IMG/VR virus record: IMGVR_UViG_3300033074_001927
Location: 1 to 64,000 of that record
DNA: 64,000 nt
Direction: 5' to 3' (one strand)
Source of the DNA: a virus
Lineage: Duplodnaviria > Caudoviricetes
In this document: one piece after another, positions 27,052 through 36,157 of the stretch
Numbering within the stretch: position 1 is the first letter of the stretch
Layout of the letters: the number at the start of each line of letters is the position of its first letter
Notes under the pieces: model-generated
The model's input: the letters and a program-made list of their open reading frames with translations, nothing else
What the model was told of the DNA's origin: nothing
Database searches by the model: none
Position numbers and translations under genes: made by a program

Positions 27052-27633
27052 TTAAAACTCCATAGAATGTTTTGTTTTACAATGAAAGAACATTGCCCTT
27101 TCGCCATATTCCGTCTTAGTACTTAATATATGATAAAACTTAGACAACTTTTCTTTCCACCAGAGCAAAGGCTTTTGCGTGAGATGAAGCTCTACACCAT
27201 CTAGGATGTCAGAATGGTTTGATATTGCAAACAAATAGTGCACACCTAGCTTAGACAAAACTTCCAAAACCCCGTCTATTTTAGCCTCCTCGATGTGTTC
27301 TAGCACGTCTAGGCACGTCACATAGCTATAATAACCAACATCTTTTTTAATTTCTTCTGCTACTTGTGAAAATTTTTCCATATTTGCGATGTCGCAATTA
27401 ATGTGCCTTATTGGTAAATTGTGAAAATTTTCAAGATCCATAGCGGTTGTGTCAGCAAAAAGAGATGCCAGTTTAATAAAGCTTCCTCTTCCAGATCCAA
27501 CATCTAATAGAGATGTTTTGTGATTAGTTTTTGCTATTTTTGAAATAGCCCAAGCATATCTTGGCTCTGAGGCGGGATGTATGTTGTAGTCGCTTCTTGC
27601 AAACATCTTGCTGTATACGGCCGCATAGTCCAT
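27052..27633 (-). CDS. Class I SAM-dependent methyltransferase (possible glycan O-methyltransferase)
   Basis: LLDVGSGRG, VTCLDVLEHI, LHLT.KP..WW. Confidence 0.85.
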   Translation of the reverse strand: MDYAAVYSKMFARSDYNIHPASEPRYAWAISKIAKTNHKTSLLDVGSGRGSFIKLASLFADTTAMDLENFHNLPIRHINCDIANMEKFSQVAEEIKKDVGYYSYVTCLDVLEHIEEAKIDGVLEVLSKLGVHYLFAISNHSDILDGVELHLTQKPLLWWKEKLSKFYHILSTKTEYGERAMFFHCKTKHSMEF

Positions 27634-28802
27634 TAGAATAGCGCCCTTCTACTAAATATTCTATAATTAACAAAGTCTATAGAATCATCTGCAGAATCCT
27701 CAAACCTTTTTACCATATCATCTACAATTTTCTTGCCGGCCTGTCCGTCCCCAAGCAATAACTTGTTGTAAGACCCAATATTATCCATTACAAATTTTGC
27801 TGCGTTATAAACGTTTTTATCATTTGCACACAACACACTAATGTTTGTATCTAGTGTTTCCGGCCTTTCGGTGGACGTTCGTAATACAACGCATGGAATG
27901 CCGGCAATTGCCGCAACCTCCTGGTTTGTTCCACTATCTGTAAACTCCATTGAAGCACCAAGTTCAAGATTTATGAAATCAAAAAAACCAAGCGGATCTA
28001 TAGGTAAAATATTTGATGGATATTTTATCTTGAAAGCCTTAAGTCTTGGCATCTGTATTAGAATGCAAGGAATCCCTATCTTTTTACAAGCGTCTGAAAC
28101 AGCAAAAATTAGAGATCTTGCCCTCTCAACATTCATGTTTTCATCTCTATGAAGCGTCATTATTGCATAGTTGTCTGGCCTAACGCCATACCTAAAACAG
28201 GTAGAGTCAACTAGCCCAAACCTGTTCATATGTATTTCGTCATCATCTAGAACTGATGGGAATTCCTCCGCCAACACATCAACTATTGTATTACCCACCA
28301 CTGATATCTTATAAGGATCTGTACCTTCTAATATAAGGTTATCTTTGTAGTTCTGATGATAGCAATAAAGAATGGAGCTTATCCTATCTATTATTGTCCT
28401 GTTTTTTTCTTCTGGCATACGCATGTCGTACGATCTCATGCCGGCTTCTATATGTATGACTGGTATATTTATCTTAAACGGAGCTATTGAGCCAATGACA
28501 GCGTTTGCGTCTCCTAGAAAGCACGTATAGTCTGGCCTGTCTTTTACCAAGACATCCTCTAGCTGCGCTATCAATTTTGCATGCTGTTCTCCATGAGATG
28601 AGCCAGTTGCAGATAGCGTAATGTCCGGTTCTGGAAGCTCGAGTTCATCAAAAAATACCGACATTAGGTTTTTGTCATAATGCTGGCCGGTATGAATAAC
28701 TCTGCACTGCAATTCTGGTCTAGTAAAAGCCTCCTTAAGAACCTGCTTCATCCTTATAAAGTCTGGCCTAATTCCAACTATAAAGTCTATTTTGTGCGCC
28801 AT
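27633..28802 (-). CDS. Non-hydrolysing UDP-N-acetylhexosamine 2-epimerase (WecB/WbjD/QnlB-like)
   Basis: VGIRPDFIR, HTGQHYD, LGDAN, HIEAGMRS.D..MPEE.NR, TLHR.EN, TDSGT.QE, TERPE. Confidence 0.9.
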   Translation of the reverse strand: MAHKIDFIVGIRPDFIRMKQVLKEAFTRPELQCRVIHTGQHYDKNLMSVFFDELELPEPDITLSATGSSHGEQHAKLIAQLEDVLVKDRPDYTCFLGDANAVIGSIAPFKINIPVIHIEAGMRSYDMRMPEEKNRTIIDRISSILYCYHQNYKDNLILEGTDPYKISVVGNTIVDVLAEEFPSVLDDDEIHMNRFGLVDSTCFRYGVRPDNYAIMTLHRDENMNVERARSLIFAVSDACKKIGIPCILIQMPRLKAFKIKYPSNILPIDPLGFFDFINLELGASMEFTDSGTNQEVAAIAGIPCVVLRTSTERPETLDTNISVLCANDKNVYNAAKFVMDNIGSYNKLLLGDGQAGKKIVDDMVKRFEDSADDSIDFVNYRIFSRRALF

Positions 28803-29632
28803 ACAGGTGTCCACCAAGCCATTTCTCTTATCATTTGTTCGTGTGATGGTATGCCCAGCTTTGAATTAAGGTCTTTTACCGTTGAAAGCGTTCTGTCTAC
28901 ATAATCTTTTGCATTACATCTTTTTACAATTAGTCCAAGATTGTAGGCATTAGATATTTGCTGCACAAGGTCAGCCTTAGTTATCGGCGGGCCAAAAACG
29001 TGATACAACTCATTCTTGTACCAGTCGTTTTTAATTATCTTTCCTATTGATTTGGCCAGTTCAAGCGTTGTAATTCCAGACCATTTATGATTAATGAAGC
29101 CATTAACCTCTTTGCCTTTGTTTGATATAGCCCATTCAACTAATGATCTTTTTTTACCATGAATCTCTGGGCCTATAATACTGGTCCTTAGAACCATGCA
29201 GTTTTCTGGCTCACCAAGCGCCTTACTCATCCCATAAAGGTCTGTAGCATCCTTATGTGAAGTTTCGGCATAATTGCCGGAATGGCCAGTAAAGCAACAG
29301 TCAGAAGAAATGTGTATAAGCCTTGTATTTTTGTGTTTTTCGCAATGATTAGCCAATCTTCTGGGATAGACCGCATTTGTATATACAGCATCTGCTATAC
29401 CATCTGAATCAGAAGAATTAAATATTGGCTTAATCGCGCCAATACAGTTGATTATATAGTCAAACTTACTACCAACAACCGTCCACCACCACGTCTCACT
29501 AACCGCATGTCCAACCATTGCGCCGTTGCTTCTGTTAAAGCCGCGAACCTCTATGTTGTCAACTAGTGACAAATAGTCGTATACCATATGGCCTAGCATA
29601 CCAGTATCGCCAAGTACCGCAACCTTTATCAT
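28787..29632 (-). CDS. RmlD-family NDP-4-keto-sugar reductase (WbvR/QnlA-like)
   Basis: VLGDTGMLG, IINCIG, IHISSDC, DLYGMSKALGE, LRTSIIGPE, SLVEW, WSGITT.ELA. Confidence 0.88.
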   Translation of the reverse strand: MIKVAVLGDTGMLGHMVYDYLSLVDNIEVRGFNRSNGAMVGHAVSETWWWTVVGSKFDYIINCIGAIKPIFNSSDSDGIADAVYTNAVYPRRLANHCEKHKNTRLIHISSDCCFTGHSGNYAETSHKDATDLYGMSKALGEPENCMVLRTSIIGPEIHGKKRSLVEWAISNKGKEVNGFINHKWSGITTLELAKSIGKIIKNDWYKNELYHVFGPPITKADLVQQISNAYNLGLIVKRCNAKDYVDRTLSTVKDLNSKLGIPSHEQMIREMAWWTPVWRTK

Positions 29633-30069
29633 CTACGCCTCACTATCCAAATATCATCGTGAACAGAAGCATCTAGTCTTGCATCATCTTCTTTTACGGC
29701 ACTAAAGCTTAGTGTTGACATAAACAGTAATTTTGTATTATCTTCTAAACTCATTGCGCCATTATAGTAGCCTGGCGGAATATGTAAAACTTTAGGAGTT
29801 CTTGCAGATAGGGAGAAACATATTGGCTTCTCTAATGTATTTACGTTAGGTGCATATTTTAACGCCGCAACCTTTGCTGCGCCCGACAAAACTTGTACGT
29901 ATGTCGAGCCAGTCTTGTGGAGGTGCCATGCCCTAACTGTTCCTCTGGAGAAATTTTCAACCACATACAAGCGCTTTATTCCTAATTTATCAATGTCGTC
30001 CATTACGCAGTGGACATAGCCCCTGTCGTCGGTATATAGCTGACATTCCAGCAAACTAGGCAAGCTCAT
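29629..30069 (-). CDS. RmlC-like cupin (NDP-sugar 3,5-epimerase-like)
   Basis: DDRG, IKRLY.V.N, GTVRAWHLH, VLHIPPGYYNG. Confidence 0.85.
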   Translation of the reverse strand: MSLPSLLECQLYTDDRGYVHCVMDDIDKLGIKRLYVVENFSRGTVRAWHLHKTGSTYVQVLSGAAKVAALKYAPNVNTLEKPICFSLSARTPKVLHIPPGYYNGAMSLEDNTKLLFMSTLSFSAVKEDDARLDASVHDDIWIVRRR

Positions 30070-31039
30070 CTATCACCATCTTAAGATACCTTTCGTTATG
30101 ATAAGCGGGGCTTGACAAGTCGCTTATGCGGCCAGAAGAAAAGACATCCCTCATCTCCACTAGTGCCGCAGAAAAGTCACTCCTTACAATAAGCCCGGCC
30201 TCGATGGCCTTTTTGTTTATAACCTTGTAATTTCTCAAATCTTCTGTAGGCATATCCTGCTCTATCAAGTTTGATTTTTTATCTCCCAAAATTTCTATTG
30301 CCAAATCCTTCAATTTATAGTTCTTGTCGCTTATAATAAAAGTGCCGTTTGCATTGCCGAGTAGCGCCGACAAAGCAGCCGCTTCCCCCGCCATATTTAC
30401 AGACACCATCGGTCTCCACTGATCTCCGCCAAAAACAGAACAAGAATCTTTCTTAATTGCGTCTATTGTCATTTTGTTAGCAACAAGATCAGTTCTTATT
30501 CTTCCAAAAGGCCCAGACATTCCGCCTATCGTTCCAAATCTTAGTATAGTGTGCTTATATGGCAGCTTTTCTCTTATATAGCGCTCAACTTCTAACTTTG
30601 TTTCTGCATAGAGGCTTATTGGTGTTGTTGCACTATCCTCATCCAGATAGTCTTGACTATATCCATAAACAGAACATGTTGAAGCGAAGACGAGCCTTGA
30701 CCTCGAGCTCTTGCACCAATCAACAATGAACTTCGAGCCATATACATTAATGTCTCTGGTTAAAAATTCGTCAACATTGCAAGCGCCATCTCCTACTATG
30801 GCCGCCAAATGAATGATGACGTCTGGACGAAGATCTTCTAAAAGAAGCTCAAAGTCATAACTGCGTATGTCTACATTTTTAAAAAATATATTAGGAGGCA
30901 AATAGTTTTGTCCATAAAGAAGCCTGTCAACACCATGTATTGCAGAACCAAGGCGCGGATTCCTACGAATTAGTTCGCCTACTACAGCATCCCCGATATA
31001 GCCGGCAACACCAGTTATCAGGATTTTTTTAGGCGCCAT
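30056..31039 (-). CDS. NAD-dependent epimerase/dehydratase (extended SDR)
   Basis: ILITGVAGYIG, IHLAAIVGD.AC, FASTCSVYG, LYAETK, R.DLV.N, GG.QWRP. Confidence 0.9.
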   Translation of the reverse strand: MAPKKILITGVAGYIGDAVVGELIRRNPRLGSAIHGVDRLLYGQNYLPPNIFFKNVDIRSYDFELLLEDLRPDVIIHLAAIVGDGACNVDEFLTRDINVYGSKFIVDWCKSSRSRLVFASTCSVYGYSQDYLDEDSATTPISLYAETKLEVERYIREKLPYKHTILRFGTIGGMSGPFGRIRTDLVANKMTIDAIKKDSCSVFGGDQWRPMVSVNMAGEAAALSALLGNANGTFIISDKNYKLKDLAIEILGDKKSNLIEQDMPTEDLRNYKVINKKAIEAGLIVRSDFSAALVEMRDVFSSGRISDLSSPAYHNERYLKMVIDELA

Positions 31040-31197
31040 AAAGTTTTTCTCCACCAAAAAGTATCAATAAGATGTTTTTTGTCTTTGCCGGCATTGACTA
31101 TTTTAACCGGACCAGAACAGTAGCAAACAGTCTCTGTGATTGGCATTATTTCTTCACATCTTGCACATTGCTTACAGAAGATGTCTTCTGAATGCAT
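31018..31197 (-). CDS. Small Cys-rich protein, 59 aa, not in ORF track
   Basis: MHSEDIFCKQCARCEEIMPITETVCYCSGP...; fills the gap. Confidence 0.5.
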   Translation of the reverse strand: MHSEDIFCKQCARCEEIMPITETVCYCSGPVKIVNAGKDKKHLIDTFWWRKTLWRLKKS

Positions 31198-31933
31198 ATA
31201 ACGTTACTCCAATACATGTAATGATTGACAAAATCAACAAAGTATTTTTCTTTTTATCCACAATATAGGTATCAGCTCCAACAAAATCTCTTATTGTTTT
31301 TGCGCTAACAGATTCTGACCAGGACGGAACAATTGTGCCTCTGTCAACCCTGACCCTTGTATTTATTCCTATGAGTAGATTGTTTGAAGCCAAAAATAGC
31401 CCGCCACCACTGTTTCCAAAATATATTGGTGTAGACGTTCTTATAAAATCGCTCTGACTTAGGCTTAGCACGCCAGAGACTATGTGTGATGGAAACTCGC
31501 TGGCAGGAAAGCCGACACCAAATACCGGATCTCCAAACCTCATTCTCTTTAGATCTTTTTCTGTAGCCAATCTAGCGCTGCTTTTTAACTTTTTTCCTTT
31601 TGCGTATAGTATTGCTATGTCTGGCAGTTCAAATGCGCCATATCTTACAACCGTCGCGTCAACGTCTTCACCATTATATAGCTTTAAAACTACATCTTTT
31701 TCTGCATCAGATATTACGCCATCTCTGTTGACATCGACTACATGCATATTTGTTAGCACATATCCGGTATCTAAAATAACTCCACTTCCGTATATTGAAT
31801 ACTCTTCCACATCCTCTCTCCATACCTTTACCGCACACACGGAGTGCACAACATCTGTTGGCGATGGCCTAACATGCACAAGAACAAGTAATGAGAATAG
31901 TATAGCGAAAATTGCTAGCCTCCTATGTTTCAT
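31172..31933 (-). CDS. Membrane-anchored trypsin-like serine protease
   Basis: GSGVI...YVLTNMHVV (His), DIAIL (Asp), GNSGGGLF (Ser); N-terminal signal/TM and C-terminal TM; start MKHRR (track 31990). Confidence 0.88.
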   Translation of the reverse strand: MKHRRLAIFAILFSLLVLVHVRPSPTDVVHSVCAVKVWREDVEEYSIYGSGVILDTGYVLTNMHVVDVNRDGVISDAEKDVVLKLYNGEDVDATVVRYGAFELPDIAILYAKGKKLKSSARLATEKDLKRMRFGDPVFGVGFPASEFPSHIVSGVLSLSQSDFIRTSTPIYFGNSGGGLFLASNNLLIGINTRVRVDRGTIVPSWSESVSAKTIRDFVGADTYIVDKKKNTLLILSIITCIGVTLYAFRRHLL

Positions 31934-32664
31934 TGCGTCAACCTCGTATATTTGCCATCTGCTAGTAGACGCTTCGCCTGTTGGCGGCAAAATTCTGCGG
32001 CCGCATCAGTTTCATCTTTTTTCCTATTTGTTATTTGGCCACCATGTATGCGATATCCCATTAGCACTTCGGGCAAAAGGCTGAATGACGTGTACTGGGC
32101 TGCCCTTGTAGCCCACTCATAATCTTCGCAAACCTTATTCCAAAACGGGCCGGCTTTTAGCCACAAGTCTTTCGTATACAAAAAAGAAGGGCCAAGATCA
32201 TAGCCATTAACAAGATCTTCTACTGGCTGAGTTTTTGCGTGCCGCAGCTCTCTTATTGGTTTGCCATTCTCAGTAATATACATAAAATCACTATATACAA
32301 AGTGGATGCTGCTTAGTGAAGTTATGTGGTCATATAGCCTTTGCACAAAATTTGGAAAATAAAAATTATCTGCGCTACACCACGTAACATATTTGCCAGT
32401 TGCAACCTCATGCCCAGCATTAAGGGCACTTCCAGTTCCGCCATTTTCTTTGTCTAGCGTCTTAAGCCTTCTATCAAATAGAAATTTGCTTATTGTATCT
32501 TTTGTTGAATCGGTAGATCCGTCATTTACTACTATAATTTCGATATCTGAAAAATCCTGTTGCACCAAGCTGTTTAGACACGAAGCCAATAGACGTCCAC
32601 CATTATATACTGGAACAACAATAGAAACTATTGGATCTGGATCCTCAATTAGGAATTGATGCAT
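31930..32664 (-). CDS. Glycosyltransferase family 2
   Basis: VSIVVPVYN, EIIVVNDGSTD, N.G...ALN.G, ADN, EDYEW; start MHQF (track 32736). Confidence 0.93.
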   Translation of the reverse strand: MHQFLIEDPDPIVSIVVPVYNGGRLLASCLNSLVQQDFSDIEIIVVNDGSTDSTKDTISKFLFDRRLKTLDKENGGTGSALNAGHEVATGKYVTWCSADNFYFPNFVQRLYDHITSLSSIHFVYSDFMYITENGKPIRELRHAKTQPVEDLVNGYDLGPSFLYTKDLWLKAGPFWNKVCEDYEWATRAAQYTSFSLLPEVLMGYRIHGGQITNRKKDETDAAAEFCRQQAKRLLADGKYTRLTQ

Positions 32665-33265
32665 TGCTAAATCTCCCAAAAACTTTTCTAAATGCCCACT
32701 GCATCTCAGGCAGCACTCTGTCGTGAAAAAGAACAACTTGCGATGTATAGGCTATGTGTTCAGAATAGTCTCCTATTCCAAAAACGTCTGTTACGAATCT
32801 ATTTGCTGCAGACTCTACAAATAGCGTTATCCCATGATAATATTGATGTTTATAGCACATTTTGTATGCTAGTAAAAATTCATCTATATTGATTAGGCTG
32901 TCACCAGAGTCTCTTCCAATGTCATCTATATGATGAACATATTCATGTATGATTGTTGGTATGATGTCTTTTTTGATAAAAGATTCTGAAACAACAACCT
33001 TTCTTCCGATACCGTGACCAAGAAGCAAGCTCATTGTTTTACTTCCAAAACTCGTGCCGGCTGCATAGGCTGTTGATGCAGTAGGAGATACGACCATTGG
33101 TATGTCTTTTATAAGATCATAGGCCTCTTTTGTAAAATTAGTCCTCAACACATCGTCAACAGTTCCGCTATATCCGTAGTTGTCTAACCTATCCAAGGTC
33201 GTATAACATCCAGACATTAATATTACAAGAGATAATACAAGTAATCTATTTTTCTTTACTAACAT
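32645..33265 (-). CDS. Putative lipoprotein zinc metallopeptidase (HEXXH)
   Basis: Lipobox-like KKNRLLVLSLVILMSG-C; IIHEYVHHID and downstream SEHIA; GGAGG SD. Confidence 0.65.
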   Translation of the reverse strand: MLVKKNRLLVLSLVILMSGCYTTLDRLDNYGYSGTVDDVLRTNFTKEAYDLIKDIPMVVSPTASTAYAAGTSFGSKTMSLLLGHGIGRKVVVSESFIKKDIIPTIIHEYVHHIDDIGRDSGDSLINIDEFLLAYKMCYKHQYYHGITLFVESAANRFVTDVFGIGDYSEHIAYTSQVVLFHDRVLPEMQWAFRKVFGRFSNASIPN

Positions 33266-33911
33266 GGAAGTATCCTCCGCCATTTTCTGTGCCAACTTTT
33301 TGCATAAACGCCTGACACTCTTCATCTGGTGGCTTACCTCCAGCAGTGTAGTGCTTGTTTTCTATTCCAATAGATACGATAATAGCTTTTCCTAAACCGT
33401 TGTCCTCTCTCCATTTTTGCGCATCCTTAATGCATCTGTCTATTACTCCAAAGCCGCGATTATTGCAAGCCTCTGTGAAGCCGCCATCTGATATAAGCAC
33501 GATGGTTAATCTTTCTTTATTCTGCCTTATTGCTAAATCAATAGCAACCCTGCCGTATGAAAGGACTCCTTTTGTTTTTTGCACAAAATCATCGGCTTTT
33601 CTTATTGCTTCTGGAGACATCTCCATCCAGTCGAGCCGTCTTTCCATTCCTCTGTCATTAAAAGTAATGACGCTTATATTCATTTCATCTGTAGGAAACT
33701 TTAATGACTCAAAGAGTCCAGCCCTAACGAGACCAAATATATTATGTGTTGAAGAGCTGTTGTCTATTACAAATTGCCAATTTTTTGTCAATGGAACTGA
33801 TGGCATGTTAACATTTCTAAATACATAATTCTGTATTGGCGGCTGTTCGGCAAGAACAAGTAGTGGAAAAACAAGTATTGTTAGCCAGGTGGCTATTTTT
33901 TTTCGCATCAC
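33246..33911 (-). CDS. Exported von Willebrand factor A domain protein
   Basis: Signal peptide; MIDAS-like VIDNSSS and IVLISDGG; VSIGI; NGGGYF. Confidence 0.75.
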   Translation of the reverse strand: MMRKKIATWLTILVFPLLVLAEQPPIQNYVFRNVNMPSVPLTKNWQFVIDNSSSTHNIFGLVRAGLFESLKFPTDEMNISVITFNDRGMERRLDWMEMSPEAIRKADDFVQKTKGVLSYGRVAIDLAIRQNKERLTIVLISDGGFTEACNNRGFGVIDRCIKDAQKWREDNGLGKAIIVSIGIENKHYTAGGKPPDEECQAFMQKVGTENGGGYFHVSKEK

Positions 33912-34474
33912 ACCCTCTCAAAAATGAACGTGGCCCTTACTCTATGATTTGTTGAGCGTGTAAGCAATATTTCTCCGACCCTCTTCCAATCTGTCTTCTT
34001 ATACATCGGCATTCTCTCGTCTAGCCAGATCAGGTGTCCACCGCGCTCTGTTATTTTTGCGCACTCACTCATTACAACGCGCTTATTTGGGTGTTTTACG
34101 CCATAAATTTTACTGTCTTCAGGCTGATATGGCGGGTCCGCTATAACTAAATCAAATGAATTTGGCTTAAAATACTTGCTTGCCTCTTCCGCATTGCCAA
34201 CAACATCTGGAGAGAACCTGTCACTAACATCCATTCTTTTATAGTTGCCTGGTTCGAGAGAGCCGCTAAATATATGTAGAATATTTTTTTTGTCACCAAA
34301 CATCGACATCATTCTTGCCAAATATCCTCTTGGAAACTCTCCATAGAACTTGTTCTTGCTCCTATAGTCATTTCCAATATTAAAACAGCCTACTATCCAA
34401 CCCTTGTCATATATAAGTTTAGGATATTTGTGATATAAGCTATTATAGCAATCAACCCTCTCTTGATAGTCCAT
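33908..34474 (-). CDS. Phage amino-methyltransferase-like protein (DPPY)
   Basis: ILHIFSGS (motif I-like), FDLVIADPPY (motif IV). Confidence 0.75.
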   Translation of the reverse strand: MDYQERVDCYNSLYHKYPKLIYDKGWIVGCFNIGNDYRSKNKFYGEFPRGYLARMMSMFGDKKNILHIFSGSLEPGNYKRMDVSDRFSPDVVGNAEEASKYFKPNSFDLVIADPPYQPEDSKIYGVKHPNKRVVMSECAKITERGGHLIWLDERMPMYKKTDWKRVGEILLTRSTNHRVRATFIFERV

Positions 34475-35487
34475 TACACATCCAACCAGTTATAAAATGG
34501 CTTCATTTTAACATCGCCAAATCCACCACTCCACATCCATTGTGGAATTGTTGGCATGCTTCTGTGTTGACTGTAATACTTGCTACCTGTTTTCCAGTTC
34601 TTGAACCCCATATTTTGGTATAATGGATCTTTTACACAAAATAATGGATGATTTTCCATTACTCGAGGATGCGGCCCATCAAATTCAAGTATCGTGTCTA
34701 GACTCTCAGTCCCATTAACATATTCCTCAAATTTTGCATCAAAAGCCTTGGCAGCATTTCCTCCTCCTGTTGCAGGAAATTTTTCCAATTCTTTTCTGTA
34801 GAACTCCTGCTTCATTTTGTGAAATTTTTCACCTTTCGCGTGCCCATAGTGATATATAAAGACGGGGATCATATATCGCTGTATTTGTATTTCTGGTGAA
34901 AAATAGCTACAAGAGCCATCAGGCAGCGTTGCTACTGGATGCGTATGATACCTCATTCCCCTTACATATCTAATTATTCTTTGGTGATTCAAGACCCATT
35001 CAGGATGGAAGTCCTTTATATGATAAAAGTCTCTATAAAAATGCAGAAATGTGGGAATAAATTCTATTGCAGATGGGCGAATGTGCGCTGCACGCCTTAT
35101 CCTGTCAACATCTCCATCTACATAGAACTCGTCAGCATCCACGATGCAAAGAATCTCGTCTTCATTTGCTACATCTAAAAATATCTGCTTCTGCTCTTCT
35201 AGAGACCTGAAGTGTCGACCTATCTGATATAGTTCTATTTTGTTATGTGGATCTGGAAATGATTTTATTATTTCTATTGTAGAATCTGTGCTATGCCCAT
35301 CGCTAGTGCTGTTTGGCCTACCTTCGACTGCGCCTTCAACAATTCTTATTTTATCAAACTCTTCATAATTGTTTTTTAATACATACTCTATCCAATCCTC
35401 TTCGTTGTGTGCGCCAACACACTTAATCAACTTTATGTTGTCTACATCTCTATTTATTTCTGAGTTTATTAAGTCTATCTGTTTCAT
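34474..35487 (-). CDS. GT-A fold (GT2-like) glycosyltransferase
   Basis: AHNEEDWI, STDSTIEII, IVDADE (DxD), IYHYGHA. Confidence 0.85.
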   Translation of the reverse strand: MKQIDLINSEINRDVDNIKLIKCVGAHNEEDWIEYVLKNNYEEFDKIRIVEGAVEGRPNSTSDGHSTDSTIEIIKSFPDPHNKIELYQIGRHFRSLEEQKQIFLDVANEDEILCIVDADEFYVDGDVDRIRRAAHIRPSAIEFIPTFLHFYRDFYHIKDFHPEWVLNHQRIIRYVRGMRYHTHPVATLPDGSCSYFSPEIQIQRYMIPVFIYHYGHAKGEKFHKMKQEFYRKELEKFPATGGGNAAKAFDAKFEEYVNGTESLDTILEFDGPHPRVMENHPLFCVKDPLYQNMGFKNWKTGSKYYSQHRSMPTIPQWMWSGGFGDVKMKPFYNWLDV

Positions 35488-36157
35488 TTTTTATTGATTC
35501 CTCGCATAGGGCGGCAAAATCAGGATCTTTTTCAATTACTATATACTTCCTACCTGTCCTCAATGCCGCGACAGCGGTGGTTCCACTACCAGCAAATGGA
35601 TCTAAAACAACATCTCCTTCGTTAGTAAGTATTTCTAGTATTTCTGTAAATAGTCCATCTGGCTTTTTTGTAGGATGTTTTGATCTCTGAGACGCATAAT
35701 TAAAAACTCCAGTTTCTCTTTTAAAGCCGTCCCTTCTCCTAAATGTCCACTTGCCTTTTGGCTTAACTGCCCAAACAGCAAATTCTAGACATGAAACAAA
35801 AAGTCTATCAAGATTGCGCGGTGCTGAATTTTTCTTAACAAGGACAAGGGGGCGCTTAACAAGCATTCCGCACCGCTCAAGCTCGTCTACAACATGAGAC
35901 ATATAGAGAAAAGACGTCCATATGACAATGCCACCACCCTTCTTAAGGGTTGCTACTGCATCCTTTATCCAGCCAGTTAGGTCGAAGCCGACATCCCATT
36001 CGCCAAACATTACTCCATGTTGTTTGATCTTCATGGTATGAAAATTGTTTGCCTTGCTGATGTTGTATGGCGGATCTGTTAATATAAAATCAATTGATTC
36101 AGGCTTTATTGTCTTTAGGACTTCAAACGCGTCCCCATTAATTACAGTATTGATCAT
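35450..36157 (-). CDS. N4-cytosine/N6-adenine DNA methyltransferase (beta class)
   Basis: IDFILTDPPYN, HPTKKP, VVLDPFAGSGTT. Confidence 0.93.
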   Translation of the reverse strand: MINTVINGDAFEVLKTIKPESIDFILTDPPYNISKANNFHTMKIKQHGVMFGEWDVGFDLTGWIKDAVATLKKGGGIVIWTSFLYMSHVVDELERCGMLVKRPLVLVKKNSAPRNLDRLFVSCLEFAVWAVKPKGKWTFRRRDGFKRETGVFNYASQRSKHPTKKPDGLFTEILEILTNEGDVVLDPFAGSGTTAVAALRTGRKYIVIEKDPDFAALCEESIKNETDRLNKLRNK

